A stretch of 64,000 nt of DNA, taken from the sequence record MW845758.1; one strand, given 5' to 3'. The first letter of the stretch is position 1. Every line of letters starts with the position of its first letter. The position numbers and the translations under genes are program-made. Of the stretch, positions 27,444 to 39,400 are shown in pieces. The notes under the pieces are model-generated. The model was given only the letters and a program-made list of their open reading frames with translations, was not told the DNA's origin and ran no database searches.

Positions 27444-30400
27444 CTACGATGCCTTACGGTCCAGACTCAACGTCGAGGCTGGGGCCGATGAGGATTGCTT
27501 ACGTTGTGCAGCGCCCGGAGCGGTAGCCGCCGGTGCAGCAGGCGCAGCCGCGAGGCTACCGCCTTTCTGCATGAGGTTATACATCTTCTCGAGGAAGTCA
27601 CGACTCTCTTTCTCGATACCGATGAGCTCCGCCATGCTCGTCCCGGTAACCGGGTCACTGGCACTTGCTGGCATATCGCCTGCAGGTTTACGCGGTGTTG
27701 CACGCGCAGCAGCTTGGTTCTCATACCCGGCTTTTACTTTCTGAGCATCACTTGGCGACATTCCATCGGCTTCTGCCTGTGCAGCTGCGTTATCGGCAGC
27801 GGTCGAGACATCAGACGGGGAGTTCGCGGTTGAGATACCCGCTGGGTTAGGGGCAGTTACGGATGCTGCCTGTGTAGACGCATCGTTGGCTGCCTGAGCA
27901 CCTTTCTGAGCAAGCGCAGTGTCCTTGCGTTGCTCTGCACCATTGGCATCGTTCGCCGCTGGAGCGCCTGCTGCTACGGCCGGTTCTGAGGCCACTGGTG
28001 TTTGACCACCCATGGCTTTCTTCGCCAGCTCTGGGTTTGAGGTTGCAATGTTCGCTACCTGAGAACCCATACGGCCATTCAACTCTTGCATAACTTCAGC
28101 GAAACTGCGGATACGTCCGCCGCTGGTGAACACCGACATGTTGTTCTTAATCACGCCCGCCGAAGCATAACGGATTGAGTTAGCCGGTGCGCCCGGATTC
28201 GCTTTGTACGCACGCATGAACTTCGCAGCATCACCCGCACCTAAGAAGTGGTACAGATAAGCCACGCCCGGAGGGACTTGACCACCGTAGTCTTTCTCGG
28301 CTTGTTTGATGTTGTTGCGGATGAAGTTCACCCCGAGCAACACGTTTGCATACGGGTCAAGCTGTGTAGAGCCTGCCGGTATACCGAACTTGTTCCCGTA
28401 GTTCTGCATCTCACCTGCTGCGTTCCCTCTCCCTGACCACGTGGATTTGATGAACTGGAAGAGCCCACCGGCTCCTGAGTCTTGGTTCCATGCTTTGTAG
28501 TTGAACTTCGATTCCGCGTACGCCATGCCAAGCGCCACACCCGGTGGTACGCCGAGCTTCTGCGCCACGTCGACAATCATCGCTTTGACGTTTGACACGT
28601 TATTGAGCTGTGCTCTCGGGTACTTCTCTGCCAGCTCTTTGTAGTTCCCGTCACCCATGGCCCCTAGCGAGACTTTTGAACTACCGGTGGTCATCGCCGC
28701 ATAGTTCGCAATCCCGCCCGCAGAGGCAATCTCCTGACTACCGTTCCAGCCACCGCCTCCGTTGCTGTATCCATCACTGCCGTTAATCGCGTCACCGCGA
28801 GCACGTTCAGCAGAACCCACACCGTAGGAATTGATGTTCGGGTCATCGTTAGCCGCATTGCCGCCGTAGAGACCTTTACTCAACTCTTTCTGCTTCCACT
28901 GGGCACGACCTTGTTTCTTCTCGTTCTCACGCATCAGATTACGCACTGCCAAATCCGCTTCTTTCGAAAGGACGTGGAGTGTTTCCAATTCTGCGTTCAC
29001 CGAGGTTGCCAAGGTGTTGGCATCACCACCGAATGGGTTGATGGCGATATCCCAGATAGACTGACGGATGTCGTTCTTCATGGAGTAGGCACGGGAAGTC
29101 ATTAAGCCGACTTCGTAGAGATAGCCGCCCGAGAGTTTCAAGTCCAGTGGGTTGGACGTTGGTGAGTAACGATACACCCCGGTCACGTAGGTCATGAACA
29201 CCGGAAGGAATCGGTTGAAGAACCAGTATTTCAACCGGTCTGCTTTCTCAGAGGTAGAACCCCCCGGTACTAGCGCATCAATCGCTTCCTGCCATTTCCC
29301 TTTGAATGTGGCATTTTTGACATCGATGTTCGGGTAGACAATCCTCTCCATCAGCAACAGGGATTTCACCTGCGCTGGGTTCAGAGTGACCAGACCGTAC
29401 GCTTTCACCCTCAAGGATTGCAGGGCGTCGACATCTTTCTGCTGAATTACCGAGTTGTAGTCCACCTGAATCGTAACCTGCTCGTTACCGTCTTCCCATC
29501 CTTCCTTTTTGATGGTGTTGTCTTGGCGGTCTTTATCCAAGGCAGCCAGACGGTTCACAGACTCTGCCACACCCGAGACTTTCACACCTTCCGAAGTCGG
29601 CGGTGCTAAGTGGTTACGGGCAGCTGCTGGCCCTTCTGCACGGAACTTGATGGATTTCTCCACTTCAGCCTGCACATCCAGCACGTCATCTGCTTCGAGT
29701 AAGTCCGGTGAGGTAAAGGTTACCGTGTCCCAGAGTTTTGAGAAGAAACCTTGACCGACCTTGCGGGGGTCTTCAATCGCTTTCAAATACTTGGAGTCTT
29801 TGGTCAACACGTTTTTGCCGTAGAGCGTTTGCATATCTGCTTTTGAGACCTTGGTGATGTCTCCTAAGTCTTTCAATGCCACATCCGTTTCCAAGCCACG
29901 AATGGAGGTCATCCATCGCAGGTAGATAGGAATGAATCGCTGGAGCATAAACGCGTGGAAGGAGATGAGTTCAGATTTCTCTTCTTTGTTCACCCCGAAA
30001 CCTTCGGCCAGTTTCTCGACGTCCGCAGCAGAGAGTCCACGCAAGGTAGCGTCTCCCCCGTTGTTGTACGAGATATAACCTTTCAGTTGGTCTTCCAGAT
30101 ACATCGCTTTCGCACCGTCATCTCCGTTCCACTTCTCGTAGTCACGGAAACCGTATTGTGCCAGACGCATCTTATCCAAATACTTCGCAGGAACGTTGGT
30201 TGCAATCTTGTACGCCGCGTAGCTTACTGCTACCACACCGGCCACAACTGCAATCACTGGCCAACCTACCGCCGTTACCACCGCAGAAGCTCCTGCAATC
30301 AACGGAGAGGCGATGGCGCGTACAGCCCAAGGCAACGCACGGGTGGCAACTGCCCACGCCCCACGAGCCATTAACTGCGCAGGTTTGAATACCCCCCATT

Positions 30401-33400
30401 TCCCGAGGAAGGCCAGTCCTTTTCCTAAGCCCCCGAGTACCGAACCGATTCCGGCCACGACGTTGGTGAGTTTATCCACCAAGCCCATCACGCCACCACG
30501 TTTCTGACCACCTGCGGCTCCACCGGTTGGATGACCGTCTTCACCACGGTGTGACTGCTGACGACGGAAGAAGTTGAAGTAATCTTTCTTCTCCGTGGAG
30601 TCACCGAATTTGTTACGACGGGAGAACTTGTTCATCATTCCCCGCACGAACCCTTCAGTACCACCTGCCGCTAACGTGGATGTACGCATTTTATCAAACC
30701 ACGTAATCTCTTGTAGCCCAACCATTTGATTGAGTTTGTCGAGCATGGCCTGACCCACAGTCTTGACTTTCTTTTTACCGGTGTTGATAACACGACCGGC
30801 TGCGTCTTTGGTTTCCTCAGCAGCATCGGATAAATCCGATTTCAGTCGAGCACCGTTCAAGCCCTTACGGCGATAGAGGCGGTCACGATAGAAGTTTGCT
30901 GATTCATCATCACGACCGGCTAAGCGTTGCTCAACCAGATAACGCATGCCGATATCGTGCTCTGCACCGGTATAACGGTCAGCGATGTCCGTAGCCGCAC
31001 CGTGTCCACGACGCAACATATCGCCCAGTGACTGACGACCCCGGTTCCACCATCCACTGACACGCCCACGTGCGCTGTCAAAGCGTTTACCCCAACGACG
31101 ACGGGACATCACCTTACCACGACGCCAAGCGCGTGACAGGCTGTTACGTACGCCACGGATACCACCGCCTCCCGCACGGCCTTCATCTTCCATCGACGAT
31201 GTCCAGCTATCGTCTTCATGGTCACCGGCTAAACGCTGGTTCAGAAGTTTATAGATGCGGATTAGGATGTGGTTGGTTTTCTTGGCACTGCCGCCAAAGC
31301 CTCCGAAGAAGCTGTTACCGGAGAACCATTTACGATCGCCAGACGACCCACGATTACCCCACCAACGTGTGAGTGGGTTATCTTTGATCATCCCCGTGAA
31401 GCGTTCTACGCCACCCCGTAACATGCCCGGGATTTTACCGGCTAAGTCAAAGGCACCTCTCGCAAGGCGACCAATGCGCCCACCGATACGACCCAGTGGT
31501 GATTTGACATCCCGACCCCAACGGTCAACCAGTTTGAAATCGGGGTTAGCCATTTCTGCCGCAGTGATGACATCGTTACCGTGTTGGTCAACAACCGCAC
31601 CTGTAACTTCACTGGCTTTATAGATGACACGACCGCCCTCTTTCAAGCGGTACTCGCCATCGCGCATGCGGTTTGCAAACAGACGTGGGTTGGTTTCCCC
31701 TTTGACGTACACGTCGGGTTGGTTAGTGAACCAGTTACGCACTGTGCGAAGTGGGTTACCGAGTTTACTTGCCAACCGTCCGGGAGCGCCTAGGATACCC
31801 CGACCGAGTTCACCGGCTTTTGCACCGATGGCATCTGAGAGCTTACGCCACGTCGAGCCTGTATAGAAGCTTAAGTCGCCGCCCTGTGCCAAGTCCGTGG
31901 CTGAGAGAATGACATTGCCTTCAATGTCGACAATGTCACGACCCATGCGGATGTCGTCGAGTTTAAACAACTGGGTTAAGGTTGCGGCTTGGCCTTTGCC
32001 TTGCTGGTAGTAATCACCAGCGGCTAAGCGTTTGCCGTTCAGCACAACTTTACCTTGTGCGTTGTACACGTCTTTGGCCCCGAGCAGCCCTTTAGCAAAA
32101 CTCTTCGCCGAAGAGAAGATATTGCCAACCCCGCCCAGTAAACGTGAACCGATACCCGGACCCGACGAAGGGCCACCAAAGCGACCGCGTAACCACGACA
32201 CAATCTTCCCACCGCGAGCACGGGCATTAGACAGGCCACGACGACCTGCTCGCCAACCGGCACCGGCTGAATCCAATCCTAAGCGACCCCAGCGACGAAG
32301 TAATCCACCGCCACCTGACCCACCCGGACCACCGCCACCTCCGGGTCCCGGTGAAGGGCCGTGGAGGTCATCGCCGTCTGCACGTAACGAGTTCAGGATA
32401 AAGACCCCTTCCTCATTCATGTCACGGACGTGGTCAAGGATTTTACTCAACACGTCGTTGTAGTTGTTGCCACGAATCGCCTGAATCAGGTCATCGTTAG
32501 CGCCACCCGTACCGCCCCCACCACCTAACCGGTTACCCAGTGTTTCAAAGAGTTCTGGGAAGGTGGTTGGTTTATCACCGTAGAGTACGTTGGACATCTG
32601 CAATGCAGTAATACCGCCTCGCAGTCCACCACCGAACCCACCGCCCCGACGTTGCTCGTCAGGTTTGCCTGAACCGTCTCCGAGACCTAAGCGACGTAAG
32701 TAGTCACTGGTCGCCGAACCGTTTTTCAGTTTACGGATAATCTCTTGCTCACGTGTCAGTGAACGCCCACTTTTGGTTTTACCCATGGCGAGGTCATTGA
32801 ACAGCGTGTGTGGGTCACTGAGGTCACGGTCAACGTGGAAGACGTCGTTCTTGTCATCGTAGTGGAAGATGCCTGCATCGCGCAGGGCACGTTCACCGTA
32901 GATGCCAGTTGCCTCATCAATACGGCCCTGACGACGCGAGATAGACGACTGGATAATCGCCATCCGGTTTGCCAGCTCATTCGACAGCTCGTAACCGCCG
33001 CCCACACCTTGGCCCGGGTGAGAGCCAAGCAGTTCCTGAATCTTCTCTGAACCGTGGAAGCCCATAAAGCGCTGGAGTGCCTGCGGGTCACGTTTCAGTG
33101 CATCGACGTTAAACGCTTTACCGGTAGAGGCACGCTCTTCGATAAAGTCGGCTAACTGTTGACGCTCTTTCTGGTTCAGGGTCTTGTTGTGGTCGAGGTA
33201 ATCCACGGTGGAGTTAACACTCCCCTGCAGACGTTTACGTTCGTCATCGTTTGCCACGGCTTTACGCACACGGTTACCGATAACCTTACGGTCAACGAAT
33301 CCACGACTGGTGATGTCGTAGGTCATGTCCGCGTGTTCGCCGTAACCCCGTCGAATCGATTTGTTAATCTCACCGAGCCAAGCCGGTAAGACCTCGTTCA

Positions 33401-34763
33401 ACGTCAACCACGACCGATGGTCAAACTTTGCTGCCCGGTCGAGCATGGTTGGGTTACGTTCATCGAGCATTCCCTTTTCACGCTGTAGCGGGTCGATAAT
33501 GCCAAGCATGTTCAGGGCTTTGAACAATCCACCCAGTGGCCCCATGTCTTCCCCAGCAATCGCCGAGTTAGAAATAGAGGACAGGTTACCGAAACCGTAC
33601 TTGCCCCGTTGGGCTAAGCGCATGAACTCCGGGTTCTGTTCGAGCTTCTCACGGGTGGCTTTTTGTAGCTTCTCAACCTGCGGACCCAGTAAGCGTTTGG
33701 CGGCTTGTGAAGCTAACCACCCTGTCGCCTTCTGTGTGCCATTCTGACGACGTTTGTCCGCCGTTAAGGTGGAACTATCATCAAGGTCGAAATCGTCCTC
33801 TACAGCCGTTCCTAGGACCATCTCGAGCATACCACGAACGTCTCCCATTCCTTCGGAGATTTTCTTCTTGGTATTGTCCTTGATTTTGTCAATAAAGCCG
33901 TCCGCGTATTTCAGCGGGTTCGTCCAATCGGCAAGTTGACGTTTGATACGGGCGTAGTGGATTTCCGAGAAGTCTTCCTTGGCGTAATCCGGTAACGCGG
34001 TGTTCTTGACGATGGCTTCGAGTGCCGGGGTGTTACGGTCAAACTGGGCTTGGTTCAGTTTGTTTGCATCTTCCAACGCGAAGAGCATGCGGTATTGCAA
34101 TTCCAGTTGCTTACGGCTGATGTTGAGCATCACACCTTTGGCAAGGGAGGTTTGCATCTGAATGTCTTTTGCCATGCTCGTCATAACGCCGAACATTGCA
34201 TCGGACTTCATGTCCCGGATGGATTCACGCAGGCGGTCTTCTACCGCGGCGTCACGCTCGTCGGCTTGGTCACGAACCTGTTGACGGTAATCACCCTGGT
34301 CACCCATGACGCTGCCGAGTTCACGATCCATCTGTGCTTGACGGGGGTCGTAATTGGCGTATTGAACGTCATCGTTTTTTGCCCAACGGTCAATCTTGCG
34401 AGTCAGCTTATCAGGCAAGTAACGACGCATTGTCGGACCGAGCTGACGGGCCTGTTGCTTCAGGACACGGTTGGTCTTTTGAAGCTCCTCTTTGGTATGA
34501 GCAAGTACGTCCTTTGTCGCTGCCGCCGCATTCTGATAGCCATCGTAGGCATCTGCCGCAGGCTTCGGCATCCCTTTCATTATTACTTGGTCGCGCTTGC
34601 CTTTTGGCCACACGGTTGCCAACGCTGACTTACGTGCAGTGTTAAGCGTGTCCAGCACGGGCTTACGTTTCTTATCTTTTGCGCGTGGCGGCTCGTCGAA
34701 GTCATCCCAATCCATGTTGTCGAGATCAAGATCGTCGAATCCACCTTTGCCTTTTTTAGCCAT
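27444..34763 (-). CDS. Tail tape-measure protein with lytic transglycosylase domain (phiKZ gp181-like)
   Basis: 2439 aa, helical and Gly-rich; SLT motifs AYAES and GAGGLFQF; adjacent to RNAP genes as in phiKZ. Confidence 0.9.
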   Translation of the reverse strand: MAKKGKGGFDDLDLDNMDWDDFDEPPRAKDKKRKPVLDTLNTARKSALATVWPKGKRDQVIMKGMPKPAADAYDGYQNAAAATKDVLAHTKEELQKTNRVLKQQARQLGPTMRRYLPDKLTRKIDRWAKNDDVQYANYDPRQAQMDRELGSVMGDQGDYRQQVRDQADERDAAVEDRLRESIRDMKSDAMFGVMTSMAKDIQMQTSLAKGVMLNISRKQLELQYRMLFALEDANKLNQAQFDRNTPALEAIVKNTALPDYAKEDFSEIHYARIKRQLADWTNPLKYADGFIDKIKDNTKKKISEGMGDVRGMLEMVLGTAVEDDFDLDDSSTLTADKRRQNGTQKATGWLASQAAKRLLGPQVEKLQKATREKLEQNPEFMRLAQRGKYGFGNLSSISNSAIAGEDMGPLGGLFKALNMLGIIDPLQREKGMLDERNPTMLDRAAKFDHRSWLTLNEVLPAWLGEINKSIRRGYGEHADMTYDITSRGFVDRKVIGNRVRKAVANDDERKRLQGSVNSTVDYLDHNKTLNQKERQQLADFIEERASTGKAFNVDALKRDPQALQRFMGFHGSEKIQELLGSHPGQGVGGGYELSNELANRMAIIQSSISRRQGRIDEATGIYGERALRDAGIFHYDDKNDVFHVDRDLSDPHTLFNDLAMGKTKSGRSLTREQEIIRKLKNGSATSDYLRRLGLGDGSGKPDEQRRGGGFGGGLRGGITALQMSNVLYGDKPTTFPELFETLGNRLGGGGGTGGANDDLIQAIRGNNYNDVLSKILDHVRDMNEEGVFILNSLRADGDDLHGPSPGPGGGGGPGGSGGGGLLRRWGRLGLDSAGAGWRAGRRGLSNARARGGKIVSWLRGRFGGPSSGPGIGSRLLGGVGNIFSSAKSFAKGLLGAKDVYNAQGKVVLNGKRLAAGDYYQQGKGQAATLTQLFKLDDIRMGRDIVDIEGNVILSATDLAQGGDLSFYTGSTWRKLSDAIGAKAGELGRGILGAPGRLASKLGNPLRTVRNWFTNQPDVYVKGETNPRLFANRMRDGEYRLKEGGRVIYKASEVTGAVVDQHGNDVITAAEMANPDFKLVDRWGRDVKSPLGRIGGRIGRLARGAFDLAGKIPGMLRGGVERFTGMIKDNPLTRWWGNRGSSGDRKWFSGNSFFGGFGGSAKKTNHILIRIYKLLNQRLAGDHEDDSWTSSMEDEGRAGGGGIRGVRNSLSRAWRRGKVMSRRRWGKRFDSARGRVSGWWNRGRQSLGDMLRRGHGAATDIADRYTGAEHDIGMRYLVEQRLAGRDDESANFYRDRLYRRKGLNGARLKSDLSDAAEETKDAAGRVINTGKKKVKTVGQAMLDKLNQMVGLQEITWFDKMRTSTLAAGGTEGFVRGMMNKFSRRNKFGDSTEKKDYFNFFRRQQSHRGEDGHPTGGAAGGQKRGGVMGLVDKLTNVVAGIGSVLGGLGKGLAFLGKWGVFKPAQLMARGAWAVATRALPWAVRAIASPLIAGASAVVTAVGWPVIAVVAGVVAVSYAAYKIATNVPAKYLDKMRLAQYGFRDYEKWNGDDGAKAMYLEDQLKGYISYNNGGDATLRGLSAADVEKLAEGFGVNKEEKSELISFHAFMLQRFIPIYLRWMTSIRGLETDVALKDLGDITKVSKADMQTLYGKNVLTKDSKYLKAIEDPRKVGQGFFSKLWDTVTFTSPDLLEADDVLDVQAEVEKSIKFRAEGPAAARNHLAPPTSEGVKVSGVAESVNRLAALDKDRQDNTIKKEGWEDGNEQVTIQVDYNSVIQQKDVDALQSLRVKAYGLVTLNPAQVKSLLLMERIVYPNIDVKNATFKGKWQEAIDALVPGGSTSEKADRLKYWFFNRFLPVFMTYVTGVYRYSPTSNPLDLKLSGGYLYEVGLMTSRAYSMKNDIRQSIWDIAINPFGGDANTLATSVNAELETLHVLSKEADLAVRNLMRENEKKQGRAQWKQKELSKGLYGGNAANDDPNINSYGVGSAERARGDAINGSDGYSNGGGGWNGSQEIASAGGIANYAAMTTGSSKVSLGAMGDGNYKELAEKYPRAQLNNVSNVKAMIVDVAQKLGVPPGVALGMAYAESKFNYKAWNQDSGAGGLFQFIKSTWSGRGNAAGEMQNYGNKFGIPAGSTQLDPYANVLLGVNFIRNNIKQAEKDYGGQVPPGVAYLYHFLGAGDAAKFMRAYKANPGAPANSIRYASAGVIKNNMSVFTSGGRIRSFAEVMQELNGRMGSQVANIATSNPELAKKAMGGQTPVASEPAVAAGAPAANDANGAEQRKDTALAQKGAQAANDASTQAASVTAPNPAGISTANSPSDVSTAADNAAAQAEADGMSPSDAQKVKAGYENQAAARATPRKPAGDMPASASDPVTGTSMAELIGIEKESRDFLEKMYNLMQKGGSLAAAPAAPAATAPGAAQRKQSSSAPASTLSLDRKAS

Positions 34764-34795
34764 GATATTATATTTCCAATTCGGGAGCTGACAAC

Positions 34796-36409
34796 GTGAA
34801 AAAGCTTAACTGGGTTGACTTCTACCTGCTGAATGTCAACGCGTCCCTTGTGTCAAAACTACGACCGGTGGTCACCACCGATACGTACCAAGGGATGACG
34901 AAAAACTTTCACCCTGAAGGTTTGTACTCTACCGAGATTTTTGGCCTCGTCGGTAGTGAAGAACGTGATGCCACGTTTTCGTACGTCGATGTAAAACTGG
35001 ACATCATTTCACCTACCGTGTGCATGGGGCTCTTCAAACTGAAGGCCTTGTACGAGGACATTTGTGCGGGTCGTCGATTCGCCGTATGGAACGAGAAAGA
35101 GAAAGACTTTGAACCTGCGCTGCCGGGGGACAAGAACGCGGACACCGGGTTTAACTACTTCCTTAAACATTACAAAGAACTGACCCCTGCCCGTAACGAC
35201 TCCCTGCGTCGAGATGACACCCTTGATTTCTTCTTCAAATTCCGTGACATGTCATTGTCTCGTTATGTACTGGTTCTACCTGCCGGGTTACGCGACCTTG
35301 TGGTTCGCGAGGATGGCCGGGACCAAGAAGAAGACATTGGGGGTTTGTTCCGCCGGTTGATTTCCTTGGCGCGTGCTATTCCAGACCGTAATGCGCGAGT
35401 CGAATTAACCGACCCGGTACGTTGGCGTCTGCAGAGCACGTTCAATGACATCTGGATGTATTACTTCAACATCCTCGATGGGAAAGGCGGTTTCGCCCGC
35501 AGGAAGGTCACTCGTCGTCGGTTGATGAACGGCACACGTAACGTGTTGTCCTCGTTCCCAACCGGGTCGAAAGTGATGGGGCGTGAAGATGAGGTCAGAC
35601 CGACGGACACCCGAGTGGGTTTATACCAGACCCTGAAAGCACTGCTGCCTGTGGCGCAGTTCAATATCCGCGAACGCTACTTAGCGAACATTCGCGCAGG
35701 TGACGGTAACCTCTACGGCGTGAACACCAAAACCCTCAGACGAGAGTTTATGGAAGTAAAAGGTCGGGTCTACGACTTATTCTCTACCGACGATGGTATT
35801 GAAACCCTGATTAACCGAATGGAAGCGCGTGAGTTACGCCACCAACCGGTGATGATTGACAAAGACCACTACGTGGCACTTATCTATCAGGACCAATACA
35901 ACTTCAAAGTCTTTTACGACATCTCAGAACTGCCAGAGACCTTCGACAAGAAAAAAGTCCGAGGGATTTCACTGGCGGAACTGCTGTATCTGTCGGGGTA
36001 TGAACTGTGGAATGAGTATTTCTCGTTCGTCACACGTTACCCCGTAGCAGGCCGTGGTTCGACGTACTCCTCGACCATAAGATTGGAGACCACCACCTCT
36101 TCTCTTTACTTAAAAGAGCTGGAAGACGATTGGACGACAATCAAATCCAAAGGGGCAGTGAGCTTCCCAGACCGCAGTGTGGACACCTTCGTGGAATCGA
36201 TGGCACCGCACCCAACACGTCTGGCAGGTTTAGGCGGTGACTACGATGGTGACACGGGTTCGTTCAACGCCCCGATGTCTCAAGAAGCCCTCGAAGAAAA
36301 CCGCAAATGGTTGAAGTCGAAGAACTACTGGTTTGCAACAGACGGCAGCTTTAAAGTTAACCCGGTGAACGACGTCATTGCTCGTTCCATGAACGCACTG
36401 TTGCGATAA
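34796..36409 (+). CDS. Virion RNA polymerase beta-prime fragment carrying the catalytic loop (phiKZ gp180-like)
   Basis: LYSTEIFG, VLVLPAGLRD, GGDYDGD (DxDGD) metal-binding motif. Confidence 0.9.
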   Translation: MKKLNWVDFYLLNVNASLVSKLRPVVTTDTYQGMTKNFHPEGLYSTEIFGLVGSEERDATFSYVDVKLDIISPTVCMGLFKLKALYEDICAGRRFAVWNEKEKDFEPALPGDKNADTGFNYFLKHYKELTPARNDSLRRDDTLDFFFKFRDMSLSRYVLVLPAGLRDLVVREDGRDQEEDIGGLFRRLISLARAIPDRNARVELTDPVRWRLQSTFNDIWMYYFNILDGKGGFARRKVTRRRLMNGTRNVLSSFPTGSKVMGREDEVRPTDTRVGLYQTLKALLPVAQFNIRERYLANIRAGDGNLYGVNTKTLRREFMEVKGRVYDLFSTDDGIETLINRMEARELRHQPVMIDKDHYVALIYQDQYNFKVFYDISELPETFDKKKVRGISLAELLYLSGYELWNEYFSFVTRYPVAGRGSTYSSTIRLETTTSSLYLKELEDDWTTIKSKGAVSFPDRSVDTFVESMAPHPTRLAGLGGDYDGDTGSFNAPMSQEALEENRKWLKSKNYWFATDGSFKVNPVNDVIARSMNALLR

Positions 36410-36418
36410 GGTCTTAAC

Positions 36419-39400
36419 ATGCTGTTATTGCGCCAATTTAACCAACACTTCTCAATTCGTAAAACGGATGAGTTCAGCAAGCCGCGCATCATCCCGCTTG
36501 AGAAGTTGCAGATCCCACGTGGGTCTGTACTCCACACGGTCGACTTAGACCAAGTGGTATTGGCACCACCCAGCACCCTGCCGTATTTCAAGGAGCTGGA
36601 GAAGCCAGCCCAAATCCGTCACCATTACCGTTTAGCCTCGGATGGTATCAGTGGGAAACCTATCCCAGTGCCGGTGCAAGGTCAGGAACGTTCTATTCTG
36701 GCTTACCATCGTGCTAACCGTACGTTTCGTCGCATGCAGACCGATGAGTTGGTTCGCCGTGATAAGCGTACGCTGCTGATTGAAAACTATACCCCGATGC
36801 TGCCGCACTACCGTTATGCCGATACCCAGCTGAGCTGGTACGATCGTCTGCGTAACGTGATGGTGACCGTAGCGCAACAGATGAAGTACGACACGGCGGA
36901 ATACAACCGTCAGAACTACTACATCCTGAACACCGGTTCAATGTTGCCTGCGTTTGATAAATTCCGTAACACGTACAGTGACCGCATCAAAACCCGCTTA
37001 GAGCATTTCCGTAGCTTCGACCTGCTGTGGCTGTTGGAACTCTACACGTGGGCAACCGGTGAGCAGCAGCTGTCGGTATTCGATGGCATGGACTTCTCTC
37101 AGCTATCGCGCATGAACTTTATCATCGTCCACAACACCGGCTTTACGGTGATGAACATGGGCGTGATTGAGCGCATGCGTAAAAGCTCAGGTGGTCGTCT
37201 GCCGGATGAGATGGTTGCGCGTACGTTTTATAAGTTATTAGTGCAGGTGCTGACCCGTAACCCTGACCCGGTTGCTGATATCGACTTCATTAGCCCATCG
37301 GGTGAAGAGTTGACCATCAGTGAGCCTGTTGTGGATGACGGTGAGCACATCGATGGTCTGGACGACAACGACGACATCGCTGATCTCGAAATGGTAGAAG
37401 ATGATGACCACTTCGATGAGAAAGCGGACTTGGTTATCCAAGAGAAAGTTGAAGATGTCAAGCCAACCACGATTACGGTTGAGAAAGCGATTAACCACGG
37501 ACAAATCATTAAAGACCAAGTGGAGCGACTGGCCGAGGCGGGCCGCCTGTCAGTCAAAGCGTACACTTTCTTGAATGAAGCGTCTGAGCGGTTTGTGTCA
37601 CTGCCTAACCCGTACAACAGCAAAGAGAATTACGGTGAGGGTTTGGCCTTCACTGAAAAAGACTTGGAAGTCGAACCGGTTACGTTGGTGAAAAATACCA
37701 CCGTGGCGGAAGAATCATGGATGCAAAGCACCACCGATGAGATGACCAAACGTTACAACCGCACTATGTTGCCGAAAGACATCTTAGGTGCAGTCGCGTC
37801 GTCTCAGCGTCTGGGTCTCGTGGTACACGACCACAAACTCGAAAAAGAAGTTGCCGTCACCGGTAACGTTGAACACCACACCCTCCGTATTCAGCCAGTG
37901 GGCGGGGAACCTGTAACGGTCCGTTTCAGTGTTCCCGCATTGACAGAAGATGGTACGTGGGTGGCCAATGGCACCGAGTACACCATGCGCCGTCAGCGTG
38001 TGGATGTGCCGATTCGCAAAGTCAGTTTCGATACCGTTGCCCTGACAACCGCGTACGGCAAGAACTTTGTTTCTCGTTCAGAGAAGGCAGTAAACGATTA
38101 CGGTCGTTGGCTCACTAACGCAATCATTACCCGCGCGGTTGATCCGAAGAACACCGAAATCACCGATGCAAAATTGGCGAATGTGTTTAACCCACTCCTG
38201 ACGTTGCCGCGTCAGTACACGATGGTGGCTCGTCGTGTTTCGTCCTTTAATGCAATCGGATACCGCTGGAACTTTGAACACGCCAAACGTGAAAGCTTCT
38301 TTGGTGAAGCTGTCGTGAAAGACCTCGAGAAGAAAGAACTCGTACCGGTCGCTACTGGACGCAGTGGTGTACTGGGCATGGATTCCCATTCTCAGGTTTA
38401 TCGTGTCAAGGGTGACTTGATGGAACCGTTGGGTACGCTTGCTGATGCCTTGGGTATCGAGCAGGTGAAAGCTCCACGTGAAGTCACTGAGTTGAGTATC
38501 ATGGGGCAAAGTCTCTCGTTGGGCTTTGTGTTCTCGTTCTATCTCGGGTTAACCGGGATGTTAAAACACTTCGGGATTCGCTACGAAGTTTTACCACCGG
38601 GACAGCGTATCGATAAGACTACGTTTGATTCGGTGATTCGTCTAGCGGACGCGAAGGTCGTTGTGATGTGTGACAACGATAAACAGCGCATGATTGTTAA
38701 CGGTCTCGACAAGTACCTGAAACACTTGGTGATGTATACCGAGTCGGAAGTGGAACGCGAGGACATCTACCTGAACCTGATTCGCGATGCAGACAGCCTC
38801 ACTCCGAGGTACGTCAATGAGCTGAAACAAATGCGGTCCGCGTTTGTCGATGACATGCACGCACGTATCTTGCGTCGGATGGGTGAACCGGAGACTTTCA
38901 TTGGCTTGCTCGAACGCAGTAATGAACTGCTGCAAACCGATCACTCGAAACCGGAAATCAACCGTGACGAGATGATGTTTATCGGAAACCAACGTATTGC
39001 CTACCACGTCTATACTGCGATGGTGCGAGCAATGCGTAACTACCAAAACGCACCGGGTTCTTCTCGTAAGTTCGAGCTGTCGCAGGACATGATTTGGGGT
39101 GCTATTAACTCCGACCCATCTGTGCTGCTGGCACCGGGTGCAAACCCTATCCAGAACATCAAAGAGAAAGATGTTATCACCATGGGGGGTACAGGCGGGC
39201 GTAACCGTAAGACGATGGTTTATCACACCCGTGAATTCCAACCGTCGGATTTAGGGGTTGTCTCGGGTAACACCGTGGATAACGGGGATGTTGGTATTAC
39301 CGCGTTTGCGGTGGCGAACCCAGGCTTTGATACCGTTGATGGGTTAGGGTCATCGCGCAATCCAGAGGAGTTGGCTCCGGCACAGTTGCTGTCGTTTATC

